DNA of 57,543 bases from Candidatus Nomurabacteria bacterium GW2011_GWE2_34_25 (GCA_000990325.1 LBPS01000001.1:1-57543); one strand, 5' to 3'. Positions 35,051 to 45,144 are shown, numbered from the stretch's first letter. Numbers and translations: made by a program. The notes: generated from the sequence alone by a model not told the origin.

Positions 35051-35191
35051 ATGGCAAAAAGAGAAACAGGGCTTAGTCCACATACAAAATCACCAAGATC
35101 TCACAAGACGGCAAAGCGTTTAGTGATTAAAAACACTATGCTTGCTAATAAAATTGATAAAAAGAAATCTGTTGCAAAGAGGGCAAAATAA
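35051..35191 (+). CDS. 46-aa highly basic small protein (unassigned)
   Basis: ORF below the track cutoff: MAKRETGLSPHTKSPRSHKTAKRLVIKNTMLANKIDKKKSVAKRAK. Confidence 0.4.
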   Translation: MAKRETGLSPHTKSPRSHKTAKRLVIKNTMLANKIDKKKSVAKRAK

Positions 35192-35311
35192 TACAACATT
35201 GATTAATGTATAAATTAGTGGTATTATAAAGATACAAAAGCTATTATCTGAAATAAGTCGATTTAGTAATTTCTATTTTGTACATTATTCATTTAATTAA
35301 ACTCATATAAT

Positions 35312-35524
35312 ATGAAAGGAACTATCAAAAAAATCGTCACTGACAAGCCATTTGGATTTATCACAGTCGAAGGACAATCAAGTGATGTCTTTTTTCACAA
35401 GGATAAAGTTGTTGGAGTTTCATTTGAAGATCTTCGTGAAGGGGACACTGTCACATTCACAATAGAAGAGAACGAAAGAAACGGTGAAAAGAAAACAAGT
35501 GCTGTAAATGTAGAGCGTGTATAA
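35312..35524 (+). CDS. Cold-shock-domain protein
   Basis: 70 aa. KPFGFITVEG...DVFFH...L.EGD.V.F pattern of CspA-like OB fold. Confidence 0.8.
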   Translation: MKGTIKKIVTDKPFGFITVEGQSSDVFFHKDKVVGVSFEDLREGDTVTFTIEENERNGEKKTSAVNVERV

Positions 35525-35540
35525 TATATACTATTCTCGT

Positions 35541-35576
35541 AAAGTAAAACGCTCCCTAAAAGGGGGCGTTTTACTT
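35541..35576 (+). terminator. Terminator after the csp-like gene
   Basis: aaagtaaaacgctccc taaaa gggggcgttttacttt. Confidence 0.7.
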
Positions 35577-35857
35577 TATAAAACAAGGGTTATAAATTTA
35601 TTTATAAAAATATGGAAATTATAGTATCTATTTTCTGTAAGAGGTTTATAATATAAGTAAGGTTAATCTCCTATATATTCTCGCGTGATGGAAGACTCAA
35701 GGAAGTGTGATTGGCATGAATGTACTTTTTGCTATGCATACCGAATAAAATTTACCTCACGAAAAGTTTTTAGGAATAACCTCCTGTCAAAAGCCTCCTT
35801 CCGGAGGCTTTTGCGGTAAGTGTTATTTTTTAATATTTTTTATGCTATTATAATAAT

Positions 35858-36232
35858 ATGAAAATAATTAAGAAAGTTATTAAGTTTTTAAATCATTTAA
35901 AAATTTTAGTTAGACACAAGCTTAGTCACTGGCCACTTTTATATGCTTTTATCGGCAGTGTGGGAGTTGTTCTTATTTGGAGGGGTGTTTGGCATCTTGC
36001 TGATGATCTAGGAATGTCCGGATTTTCATCTCTTTTTTGGGGTATGGTGATTTCTATAACTTCTGGTCTTTTTGTATCTTTTTTTGTGGGGGATAGTATA
36101 ATTATTTCAGGTATCAAGAGAGAGAAAAGGATTGACGAGAAGACTGAATCTGAGATTAAGAAGGAAGAAGTATCTCTTACCGAAATAAAAAAAGATTTGA
36201 AAGAAATAAAGGAAGATATTGAAGAAATTTAA
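35858..36232 (+). CDS. Membrane protein with charged C-terminal tail
   Basis: 124 aa, two TM helices. TGcTATTAT lies 6 nt upstream of the ATG. Confidence 0.55.
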   Translation: MKIIKKVIKFLNHLKILVRHKLSHWPLLYAFIGSVGVVLIWRGVWHLADDLGMSGFSSLFWGMVISITSGLFVSFFVGDSIIISGIKREKRIDEKTESEIKKEEVSLTEIKKDLKEIKEDIEEI

Positions 36233-36284
36233 TTTTTGATAAGATAGCTCATTATTAATTTAACAGATAAAGTAATATTATTGT

Positions 36285-37790
36285 ATGCATAATCTACCTA
36301 TTTTATTTTCTGTTTTACCTTTCCTTGTTTTTTTCTTTCTCTTATTTATCAAAAAGACAACCCTGCTAAAAGCTTCTGTTGTCACTTTAATTTTTTATAC
36401 TTTTTTAGCTGTCTTTTATTGGCAAATATTACCTCTCTTTTTGTATACTTCTTACGGTAAGGGATTTTTTGTCGCCTTAGATATATTCATTATAATTTTT
36501 GGGGCGATATTTTTCTTGGAAATTTTAAAAGATTTAAAAATAATAAAAAATATATCATATTATTTAGGCAATCTTTCAAAAGATTATAGAGTTTCCATAA
36601 TTATTATTGCTTGGTTTTTGGAATGTTTTATAGAAGGAACAGCTGGTTTTGGAACGCCAGCTGCTATTGCGGTGCCGATTTTAATTGGCTTAGGTTTATC
36701 CCCAATAAAATCTTTAATTGTTGGTCTTTTAGGCAATAGCGTGCCCGGTGTTTTTGGAGCTGCTGGGACTCCTATAAAAATGGGTTTTGTGGGGTTAAAC
36801 ATTGCTGGCGTTCCTCTTATTTCGGTTTTACTAAATTCGATTGGCTTTATTATTCCAGTCTTTATGCTTTGGGTTATAACTAGAGGTCGACTTAATCGAA
36901 AAAAAGAATTTTTTGATGCCTTACCTTTTGCTATTTGGTCAGGACTAGCCTTTGTCATTCCGTCTATTCTAGTTGTTTCTTTTGGGCAAGAATTTCCTTC
37001 TATCTTAGGATCAATCATTGGATTAATAATAATTATTATTTCTATCAAATTAAACTTTTTAGTACCGAAAGAAAAATTGTCATTAGTTACAGATAAAGAA
37101 ATAGAAACAAATCAGTCAACGATGTCACTATTTAAAGCCTTCTTACCTTATATGATTCTGGTGGTATTGTTAATAAGCGGTAAGATTATTTTAGGCAAAA
37201 TGGGAATTCCTCTAGCGTTAGGCTTCAAACATACTTTCAGTTTATTTAATCCCGGTTTTATTTTTGCAATTTCAGGTCTTTTAGTTATATTAATATGGAG
37301 AGAGAAATGGTGGACAATAACAAGCTCAATTAAAAAAGGTTTTGGTGGGGCGATTTATCCATTCCTAGTAGTTTTCTCGATGTTAGCGATGGTTCAAATC
37401 ATGATAAATTCGGGACACAATAATTCAGGAATTCTTTCGGCAATTAGCCTCATCACTGAAAGTTTTGAAACCGTTTGGCTGCCATTTTTTGCGCCGTTCA
37501 TAGGAGCCTTTGGAGCTTTTATGACAGGAAGTGTCACCGTTTCAAATATTATGTTTGGAAATTTATTTTATGTGTCTGCTTCAAACCTCTTTTTGAATAC
37601 AAGCGCTATTTTAGCTCTGGGTGTTGTTGGAGCGGGGGCTGGTAATATGATCGCCTTAGCCGATATTTTAACTGCTGAAGCTGTGACTGGACTAAAAAAT
37701 TCAGAGAGACAAGTTTTGAAAGGAGTTATTATTCCATGTCTTATTTATTTATCAATTCTAGGATTGATTGGGATGGTATTTTTTAGTTAA
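36285..37790 (+). CDS. lctP: L-lactate permease family (LctP) transporter
   Basis: 501 aa, polytopic. EGTAGFGTPAAIAVPILIGLG signature region. Confidence 0.75.
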   Translation: MHNLPILFSVLPFLVFFFLLFIKKTTLLKASVVTLIFYTFLAVFYWQILPLFLYTSYGKGFFVALDIFIIIFGAIFFLEILKDLKIIKNISYYLGNLSKDYRVSIIIIAWFLECFIEGTAGFGTPAAIAVPILIGLGLSPIKSLIVGLLGNSVPGVFGAAGTPIKMGFVGLNIAGVPLISVLLNSIGFIIPVFMLWVITRGRLNRKKEFFDALPFAIWSGLAFVIPSILVVSFGQEFPSILGSIIGLIIIIISIKLNFLVPKEKLSLVTDKEIETNQSTMSLFKAFLPYMILVVLLISGKIILGKMGIPLALGFKHTFSLFNPGFIFAISGLLVILIWREKWWTITSSIKKGFGGAIYPFLVVFSMLAMVQIMINSGHNNSGILSAISLITESFETVWLPFFAPFIGAFGAFMTGSVTVSNIMFGNLFYVSASNLFLNTSAILALGVVGAGAGNMIALADILTAEAVTGLKNSERQVLKGVIIPCLIYLSILGLIGMVFFS

Positions 37791-37801
37791 GAATATATAG
37801 T

Positions 37802-38023
37802 ATGTATATAAAAATTAAAGTTCAAGCTGGGGCAAAAAAAGAAAAGATTGAAAAGAAAAAGGACAATCAATACACCATTTCTGTAAAAGAACCCGCCGAA
37901 CGTAATTTGGCAAATGCTCGCATCAGGGAGATTATAGCTTATATTTATAAGGTCAATATTAAATCTGTGCGTATTATAAGCGGACATCAATCTCAAAGTA
38001 AAATATTATCAATAAATATTTAA
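37802..38023 (+). CDS. DUF167 (YggU-like) protein
   Basis: 73 aa. VKEPAERNLANARIREIIA...VRIISGHQSQSK pattern. Confidence 0.65.
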   Translation: MYIKIKVQAGAKKEKIEKKKDNQYTISVKEPAERNLANARIREIIAYIYKVNIKSVRIISGHQSQSKILSINI

Positions 38024-38071
38024 AATTATTTGGTATAATGTAAGTATTATTAGTAACTTGAAATCACAAAT

Positions 38072-38458
38072 ATGACCACAAATATAAAAGCAACAAATAT
38101 GGAATTAACTCTAGCTATTAGTAATTATGTAAACAAAAAATTAAAAGCTATTGAAAAAATTGTTACTAAGGGAGAGGACGTTAATGTTTATGTGGAAGTA
38201 GGCAAGACAACGAATCATCACAAGCAGGGTGATTATTTTAAAGCCGAATTTGATATAGAAATAGATGGAGAGAAATTTTTTACAACTTCCGAAAAGAGTG
38301 ATTTATATAAGGCCATAGATGAAGCTAAGGATCAGCTCGTTGACAAGATAGTAAATAATAAAAAAAGAAAGATAACTCTCTTTAAAAGAGGGGCGATTAG
38401 TGTCAAGAAAATGATCAAAGGAGTTTCAAGAAGAAATCCTTTTACTTCTAAATATTAA
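38072..38458 (+). CDS. hpf: Ribosome hibernation promoting factor / RaiA family
   Basis: 128 aa. N-terminal IKATNMELT.AI..YV.KKL and the HPF fold pattern. Confidence 0.75.
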   Translation: MTTNIKATNMELTLAISNYVNKKLKAIEKIVTKGEDVNVYVEVGKTTNHHKQGDYFKAEFDIEIDGEKFFTTSEKSDLYKAIDEAKDQLVDKIVNNKKRKITLFKRGAISVKKMIKGVSRRNPFTSKY

Positions 38459-39309
38459 TTCCACCTTAGGAATTCCTCATAACTCATTTCCTTTTTACCT
38501 TCAGGAATAACTCGTTTAATGATAAACGAGTTATTTTCATATTTAGCTTCGGCGATCTTAATTCTCATTAATCTCTCTCCCTTTTTAGTAAAGAAAAATG
38601 TTCCTGGCCAACCGTGATAAGCTCTGTATTTATTCCAATTTTCTATTGCATTACCACTTATGTCTATTTCTCCATATTCTTTTTTAATCTTTTTACAAAA
38701 AGTGGCCATTGATTCATCTTGGATTTTAGGAACTATCCCTTTTTTAATTATCAAAGGAAGTATGTCGCAAAGAGAATTTGCTCCAAGGTCTATTAATCTG
38801 TCTCGAAGTTCTTCTTTAGTATCATTTATTCCAACTTCAAGTTTTTCTTCTTTTAAGATTGGCCCACTATCGAGCTTGTATTCCATCTGTTGAATACTGA
38901 TCCCCGTTTCTTCATCTCCATTTAGTAGGGTAGCTTCAAGAGGGGAAGCTCCACGGTATTTAGGTAGTAGAGAATAATGAATATTGATAGTTCCAAGACG
39001 AGGGGTTTTTATCAGAGCTTCTGGTAGTATTTTCCCATAAGCAACAACTACAGAAAGTTGAAAGTTGAAAGTTGAAAGTTTTGAAATGAATTCCTCGTCG
39101 ATTTTTTCAGGTTTTAAGCATTTTATATTATTTTCTTTTGCCCAAATGGCTACTGGTGTCTCTGTCATAACCAGTCCTCGCCCACTAGGGGAGTCAGGTG
39201 AAGTGATGAGGAGTTCTGGTATATATCCTCGGTCCTTCAAAATGCCAAGTGTCTTGCTTGCAACATCTGGGGTTCCAAAGAATATAAATTTTAAATTATT
39301 AGCTGACAT
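38455..39309 (-). CDS. fmt: Methionyl-tRNA formyltransferase
   Basis: FFGTPDVA, NIHYSLLPKYRGASP. Immediately downstream of def. Confidence 0.9.
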   Translation of the reverse strand: MSANNLKFIFFGTPDVASKTLGILKDRGYIPELLITSPDSPSGRGLVMTETPVAIWAKENNIKCLKPEKIDEEFISKLSTFNFQLSVVVAYGKILPEALIKTPRLGTINIHYSLLPKYRGASPLEATLLNGDEETGISIQQMEYKLDSGPILKEEKLEVGINDTKEELRDRLIDLGANSLCDILPLIIKKGIVPKIQDESMATFCKKIKKEYGEIDISGNAIENWNKYRAYHGWPGTFFFTKKGERLMRIKIAEAKYENNSFIIKRVIPEGKKEMSYEEFLRWN

Positions 39310-39865
39310 TTTTATCTTTTATCGAGTTTATTTCATCAAAAGATTCATACATTTCTTTTGCTTTATCTGTAAATAGGATTCCATCTAAGTGGTCTGTCTC
39401 ATGCTGGAATATGTGTGCAAGTAAACCACTGCCTTCTTTGCTAAATTTATTGCCATTTTGATCATAAGCTTCGACAGTCGCACGGGTAGCTCGGCGAACT
39501 TTGCCATATATTGGTCTGACAGAGAGGCACCCCTCTGCCATCAGCTTTCTGTCTTTAGATATTTTTTTTAATACTGGATTGATGAAAACCAAATCAGGCT
39601 GGCGTGCCTTTTGATATAAATCAGCTTCTGTTGATCCTTTGCCTCGAATAAAATCCTCGTCAAAAATTCTACCAGAAACAACAAAAATACGCAGGGAGAC
39701 TCCTATCTGGGGAGCAGCGATAGCAACTCCATCATTTTGAGAATCTAAAGCAAAAATCATATCAGCTATAATTTTCTTTATTTTGGGTTTTGTGATTAGA
39801 GAGACAGCAACATCTTTTGCTATTTTGCGCAAAACCGGATTTTCACTTTGAACAATTTCAATCAT
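39299..39865 (-). CDS. def: Peptide deformylase
   Basis: GVAIAAPQIG, EGCLS, HETDHLDG. Confidence 0.93.
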   Translation of the reverse strand: MIEIVQSENPVLRKIAKDVAVSLITKPKIKKIIADMIFALDSQNDGVAIAAPQIGVSLRIFVVSGRIFDEDFIRGKGSTEADLYQKARQPDLVFINPVLKKISKDRKLMAEGCLSVRPIYGKVRRATRATVEAYDQNGNKFSKEGSGLLAHIFQHETDHLDGILFTDKAKEMYESFDEINSIKDKNVS

Positions 39866-39871
39866 AAAATT

Positions 39872-41170
39872 TTATTTAAGATTTTTAATATATTCAAGCA
39901 AGTTTGGGAGCTTTACTGTATCTTGAGATCGATTACTCATATCTCGGAAGATGACAGAATTTTCCATAGCTTCTTTTTGTCCAAAAATTATTGAATAACG
40001 CATACCAAGCTTTTCAGCAACGGCCAACTGAGCTCCGAGATTATCTTTGGATATTGATTGGGCTATCGGCACCTTACCTTTTCGGAGTATTTCAATAACA
40101 TTTAATGATTTCAATTTAGCGTCAAAACCAAGTTGAATGAAATATATTTTTGGTTTTTTTATGATACGAGGGGCTAGTTTGGAGAACCATGGAGCTTCGA
40201 CAACTCTGTCGACTCCAATAGCAATGCCAACAGCGGGAACATCTTTTTTAGAACCTAATTGTTTGGCCAAGTAATCATAGCGACCACCACCAGCGATTGT
40301 GACCATCTTACCGGTTTCTTCATCTTCTATCATTATTTCAATAACTGTTCTTGTATAATAAGAAAGACCTCGGACGAGACACTTGTTTATATTATAAGGA
40401 ATCTCCATTTTTTCAAGATATTCCAGAACTTCTTTGAAGTGTTTCTTGCAAGCAGAGCAAAGATGAGAAAGAGTATCGGGTGCATTTTGATTAAGTTCAA
40501 TAGTTTTCTCTTCTTTCGAATCAAGAATTCGGAGAGGGTTTGTCTTCAGCCTCTCACGATCTACAGCAGGAAGGGAAGCGATATTTTTCTTGTAATAAGA
40601 AACAAGCTCACGGATATAGCTAGCTCGACATTCTTTGTCACCTATAGAATTAATATCGACAGACAAATTTTTAGCACCAGCTTCTTCTAATATGGTCCAA
40701 GTGGTTTTTATAACCAATGCATCTAGAATACTTTTTTCACTTCCAAGGGCGTCAATATCAAATTGATAAAATTGACGGTACCTTCCTTTTTGAGGATTGT
40801 CGTGTCTAAAACTTGGTCCATAAGTATAGAAGAGTAATGGTTGAGGAAGAGATTGCATTCCATGTTCTATATAGCTTCTCATGAGTCCTGCAGTGTGTTC
40901 TGGTCGAAGGGCCAAATGATCTCCACCTTTTGTTTTGAGAGTATACATTTCTTTATCTATAATATCTGTTCCTTCTCCAATAGAGGAAGTAAATACTCCT
41001 TCTTGTTCAACGACAGGGGTCTCTATGGGCTTAAATCCGTAATAAACGGCTACTTCCTGAGCTTTTTCAAAGAAGCCCTGGAAATGATAATATTGTTCAT
41101 CTAAGATGTCTCGCATTCCTTTAATTGATTGAAAAGGATCTTTATTTTTTTTGTTTGCTTGAGGGTTCAT
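39872..41170 (-). CDS. hisS: Histidyl-tRNA synthetase
   Basis: 432 aa. Class II aaRS motifs including LRPEHTAG and FRHDNPQKGRYRQFYQ. Confidence 0.92.
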   Translation of the reverse strand: MNPQANKKNKDPFQSIKGMRDILDEQYYHFQGFFEKAQEVAVYYGFKPIETPVVEQEGVFTSSIGEGTDIIDKEMYTLKTKGGDHLALRPEHTAGLMRSYIEHGMQSLPQPLLFYTYGPSFRHDNPQKGRYRQFYQFDIDALGSEKSILDALVIKTTWTILEEAGAKNLSVDINSIGDKECRASYIRELVSYYKKNIASLPAVDRERLKTNPLRILDSKEEKTIELNQNAPDTLSHLCSACKKHFKEVLEYLEKMEIPYNINKCLVRGLSYYTRTVIEIMIEDEETGKMVTIAGGGRYDYLAKQLGSKKDVPAVGIAIGVDRVVEAPWFSKLAPRIIKKPKIYFIQLGFDAKLKSLNVIEILRKGKVPIAQSISKDNLGAQLAVAEKLGMRYSIIFGQKEAMENSVIFRDMSNRSQDTVKLPNLLEYIKNLK

Positions 41171-41175
41171 TTTAA

Positions 41176-41763
41176 TTATTGTTTATAGTTTCCTGGTAAA
41201 AATGACATTTCTTTCAGTGGTAGGAGTCTTAGGTAAGCACGACCAACCATTAAATTTTCAGGTAACACACCCCAGAATCGGGAGTCTGAACTTTTATTTC
41301 TATTATCTCCTAAAACAAAATATTCATTATCTCTCGTCTCATATTCTTTTCCTGTAAAGAATTTTTCATTTATATATGGTTCTACCATTTTAAAACCATT
41401 AGGGTTTTCTTTATTTATTATTGTGACAGATCCATCATTTATAATTATTTTCTCGTTTGGTAATCCGATAATCCTTTTTATGAAAAATCTTTTTGTGTCA
41501 TTGGGGTAACGAAAAATAACAACATCTCCTCTATGAGCATTCCCCACTATGTATGATATCTCATCAATTATTAAATATTGACCATTGTCAAATGTAGGAT
41601 ACATAGATTCACCAGATACTACAAATGGTTGTGCTACCCACATACGAATAGGAATAACTATAGCCAAGGCTATAATTGCAAACTTGATAAGATCCCAGCC
41701 TTCGGCTAGAAACTTCTTAAACTTAGAATTACCAAGTACTTTTTCATTAATATTATTTTCCAT
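41176..41763 (-). CDS. lepB: Signal peptidase I
   Basis: SGESMYPT, RGDVVIF, GDNRNKSSDSRFWG. Confidence 0.92.
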   Translation of the reverse strand: MENNINEKVLGNSKFKKFLAEGWDLIKFAIIALAIVIPIRMWVAQPFVVSGESMYPTFDNGQYLIIDEISYIVGNAHRGDVVIFRYPNDTKRFFIKRIIGLPNEKIIINDGSVTIINKENPNGFKMVEPYINEKFFTGKEYETRDNEYFVLGDNRNKSSDSRFWGVLPENLMVGRAYLRLLPLKEMSFLPGNYKQ

Positions 41764-41836
41764 ATGTGGCTTATTTTACCACACAAATTATCTTGACGGA
41801 ATATGATTTTGTGTGGTGTGATGATATTTTTGTTTC

Positions 41837-41909
41837 GTAGTTTATTAAATTTTTTCCCGCTTTACCCTAAAGGGCTCCGACGCGGATAAAAATTTTAAAA
41901 AACTACTAC
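41837..41909. repeat. Second copy of the ~72-nt composite palindromic element (core 41858-41885), intergenic
   Basis: The core cgctttaccctaaagggctccgacgcgg is identical to 12111-12138. It is flanked by AT-rich imperfect inverted arms gtagtttattaaatttttt / aaaaattttaaaaaactac. Confidence 0.8.
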
Positions 41910-41963
41910 ACAAAAATATTAGAGTTATTTCACGAACAACTTACATTATGGTATTATAAAAAT

Positions 41964-42551
41964 ATGATACTAATAGTGGGACTTGGAAATCCAGGGAAAG
42001 AATATGAGAATACTCGTCACAATACAGGACGAATTATTTTAGAGAAAATTGCGAAAGCAAATGATTTTCCAAACTGGAAGAATGATATGAAATTGAAATC
42101 TTTTCGATCAAAGGGTGAACTTGATGGCGAGAAGGTAGAATTTTTATTGCCAAATATTTTCATGAATAATTCAGGTAATGCTGTTTGTGGAATTATTGAT
42201 GACAAAAAGAAATTAAAAAATTTAGTAGTTGTGTACGATGACCTAGACTTGCCTCTAGGAAGCTTGAAAATTTCTTACGATAGAAGCTCGGGTGGACACA
42301 ATGGACTTGAATCTGTTATCAAGCGCGTCAAGTCAAAAGAATTCGTACGTATTCGTATCGGAGTTTCTCCTTCAACACCGACAGGTAAATTCCGAAAACC
42401 AAAAGGTGAGGAAGCTGTCCTCAAATTCTTACTCGGTACCTTCAAGGAAGACGAACTGAAAATTATAAAAAATATGTCCAAAAAGGTAACAGAAATTATA
42501 ACGATGGTTTCATCCGAAGGAAAGGATAAGGCTATGAGTGTGTTTAATTAA
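41964..42551 (+). CDS. pth: Peptidyl-tRNA hydrolase
   Basis: GLGNPGKEYENTRHNTG, GGHNGL. Confidence 0.93.
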   Translation: MILIVGLGNPGKEYENTRHNTGRIILEKIAKANDFPNWKNDMKLKSFRSKGELDGEKVEFLLPNIFMNNSGNAVCGIIDDKKKLKNLVVVYDDLDLPLGSLKISYDRSSGGHNGLESVIKRVKSKEFVRIRIGVSPSTPTGKFRKPKGEEAVLKFLLGTFKEDELKIIKNMSKKVTEIITMVSSEGKDKAMSVFN

Positions 42552-42590
42552 AAATTAATAATTACGAATTAAGAATTTAATATATGAATC

Positions 42591-42627
42591 AAAATAGCAT
42601 CGCCGACTTTGTCGGCGATGCTATTTT
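42591..42627. terminator. Bidirectional terminator between pth and rpsA
   Basis: aaaatagcatcgccgac ttt gtcggcgatgctatttt: perfect 17-bp stem. Confidence 0.8.
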
Positions 42628-42645
42628 GTAGTCAGTAATTCGTAA

Positions 42646-43767
42646 TTACTTCACTATATCTTCTAGGTGCACTAAAGTCATTCTCTGATCTTTTGGTTCA
42701 AATAGTGTTACTTGGAAGTTGTAAGTCTTTCCTAGTTCAAGAGTTTTCTTAAGTTTCTCTTCAGAACCGAAGCTTGAATTGTGGACAAGTCCAGCAACTC
42801 CTTGCTTGATAGACACTAGGGCTCCATGTTTGTTGAACTTGATAACTACTCCAGAAACGATGTCTCCCTTCTTAAGTGTTCCCTCAAATTCTTTCCATGG
42901 ATTCTCTTTAAGAGCTTTGATAGATAGAGAAATTTTTCCATCTTTGATATCTATAATCTTAGCTTTGATTTTATCTCCAACTTTAAACATTGAACGTGGA
43001 TCTTCTACTAGGCCCCAATCAATCTCTGAAATGTGCACTAGTCCTTCTAATCCTTCTTCAACTTTTAGGAATACTCCAAAGTCAACAATACCAGCGACAG
43101 TACATTCTATTTCATCTCCAATTCCGTACTTACCGATAATTTCCTTTCTTTCTTCAGGATTATTGTCTTTCTCAGAGAAGATAAGTTTACCTTCCTTTGG
43201 AAGAGCTGAAATCATAACTACACTAATACGTTTACCGACAAGCATTTTCAATGCCTTCAAAATTTTATCTTTATCGGAATCTTCTACTCGAGGGTAGTGT
43301 TCACTCTTAAGCTGAGATGCTGGAAGGAAGCCAGCAATACCTTGCCAATCAAGAATGAGGCCACCCTTGTTTGCTTCTTTAACAGTAAGTTCAAGTGCTG
43401 TTTTAGACTTGATAGCCTTATCAGCTTCACTCCATATAAGAGCTTGCTTAGCTTCTTTCAACGATAGTTCAATATAACCATCTTCGTTATCGGTATCTAC
43501 AACTTTAGCTTTAACAACGTCCCCAATATTTATTTTCTTGATTATATCTTTAGCGTTAATAAATTCACGCCCGTATATTATACCTGTTCCAAAGGGAGCA
43601 AGGTCAATATAAACAGAAGATTTTTGGATAGAAATAACTGGACCTTCTACAAGTGAATCCACTTGTGGTGGAAGTAGAGCTTTATCAAGCATTTTACCAA
43701 TACTTGAAAGTTCAATTTTTGCATGCTCTGCGATGCTTGAAACTACATCTTCATTTTCATTTTTCAT
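42646..43767 (-). CDS. rpsA: 30S ribosomal protein S1 (short, four S1 domains)
   Basis: 373 aa with repeated G..V.G.V....GA.V pattern (S1 OB folds). Confidence 0.85.
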   Translation of the reverse strand: MKNENEDVVSSIAEHAKIELSSIGKMLDKALLPPQVDSLVEGPVISIQKSSVYIDLAPFGTGIIYGREFINAKDIIKKINIGDVVKAKVVDTDNEDGYIELSLKEAKQALIWSEADKAIKSKTALELTVKEANKGGLILDWQGIAGFLPASQLKSEHYPRVEDSDKDKILKALKMLVGKRISVVMISALPKEGKLIFSEKDNNPEERKEIIGKYGIGDEIECTVAGIVDFGVFLKVEEGLEGLVHISEIDWGLVEDPRSMFKVGDKIKAKIIDIKDGKISLSIKALKENPWKEFEGTLKKGDIVSGVVIKFNKHGALVSIKQGVAGLVHNSSFGSEEKLKKTLELGKTYNFQVTLFEPKDQRMTLVHLEDIVK

Positions 43768-44124
43768 ATTTTTGTACTAAAAAAACCGCACTATGCGGCA
43801 CAGCTTGGATTTCTTTTATTAAATGCTTTAATAAAAAGGGTTAAATTCCAATCTGGCTGATAATTTAGTTACTATACTATATAAGGTAATATTAATCAAG
43901 TATGTTATTTTAAAAATATATTTATAATAATAAATTGATATATAGTATGCTATAGAAAATAAAAATAAAGAAGACACAGAGAGAGCTCTAGATATTGCTA
44001 TTATTAATTATTCCAACCACAAAGATTCAATAAGTGATGTTGGGTGTTTTTTTTGTAAATTGCAGTTGACAGTTTGCCTGAGGTGAGGGTATTATTGGTG
44101 TATTAGTATAATAAAATTAAATAG

Positions 44125-45144
44125 ATGCAAAATACCCAAAAATTGAAAGTTGTTGTTTCTCAAATGCCCCCTTTTGTTATGGAGTCAAATAATAAATATT
44201 CTGGGTTTGAAGTTGATTTATGGGAAATGATAGCGAGAGAAATGGGAGTAGGTTTTGAATATAAAAAATATAATTTTCAAGAATTAATTCCTATTGTAAA
44301 TAAAAGAGAGGCTGATGTTGCTTTTGCTTCGATAACTATTAATGAAAAAAGAGAAGAGATTATAGATTTTTCTCACTCAACTTTTAATTCTGGTTTACAT
44401 ATATTACTGTCAAAAAATCGTAAAAATATTAATTTTGGTAATACCATAAAGACATTTTTTGCTGAGGGTTATAAACAGTTTTTAAAACCGTTGCTTATTC
44501 TTCTTGGTATTATATTGATGCTAGGTACTGTCTTGTATATTGTAGAAAGAAATAACGGCTCAATGTCTCTCGCTTATTTTCCTGGAATTCTACAAGTAAC
44601 ATGGATATTTATGTGTTCAATGCTTGGATTAGATGGAGCTCTATTTGTGTACTCAGTTAGTTCTTGGATCGGAAGATTAATAGTTTCTCTGGGGCAATTA
44701 ATAAGTCTTGCCTTTCTTGGTTTATTTATTGGAGAATTAACTGCTTTTATTACAACCAAAAAATTTCGTTTAAATATTGAAGGAGCAAAAGATTTAGAAG
44801 GTAAAAATGTTGCAACAGTAGAAGGAACTACAAGTCAATCTATCCTTAAGGGTTTTGGTGCAATAGTAACTTCTGTAACAACAATAGAAGAAGCTTACAA
44901 AAAGCTTAAGAATAATCAAATAGACGCCGTTGTCTTTGATGCACCAGTATTAAAATACTATGTACTTAATGAAGGAGCAGAATGGGCAGAAATTACCGGA
45001 GAAGTATTTGATAAACAAGAATATGGATTTGTTTTACAAGAGGGTAGTCCACTTAGAAAAGACGTGAACCTAGCAATCTTGACTCTTCGAGAAAATGGTT
45101 CGTATGATGAATTGTACAAAAAATGGTTTGGAGAAATTGAATAA
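44125..45144 (+). CDS. Prokaryotic ionotropic-glutamate-receptor-like channel (split SBP_bac_3 ligand-binding domain with embedded pore)
   Basis: Lobe 1 GFEVDLWEMIAREMG. M1-pore-M3 insert with pore loop WIFMCSMLGLDG and M3 GRLIVSLGQLISLAFLGLFIGELTAFIT (compare the iGluR SYTANLAAF region). Lobe 2 ends in ...LYKKWFG. No M4. Confidence 0.75.
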   Translation: MQNTQKLKVVVSQMPPFVMESNNKYSGFEVDLWEMIAREMGVGFEYKKYNFQELIPIVNKREADVAFASITINEKREEIIDFSHSTFNSGLHILLSKNRKNINFGNTIKTFFAEGYKQFLKPLLILLGIILMLGTVLYIVERNNGSMSLAYFPGILQVTWIFMCSMLGLDGALFVYSVSSWIGRLIVSLGQLISLAFLGLFIGELTAFITTKKFRLNIEGAKDLEGKNVATVEGTTSQSILKGFGAIVTSVTTIEEAYKKLKNNQIDAVVFDAPVLKYYVLNEGAEWAEITGEVFDKQEYGFVLQEGSPLRKDVNLAILTLRENGSYDELYKKWFGEIE

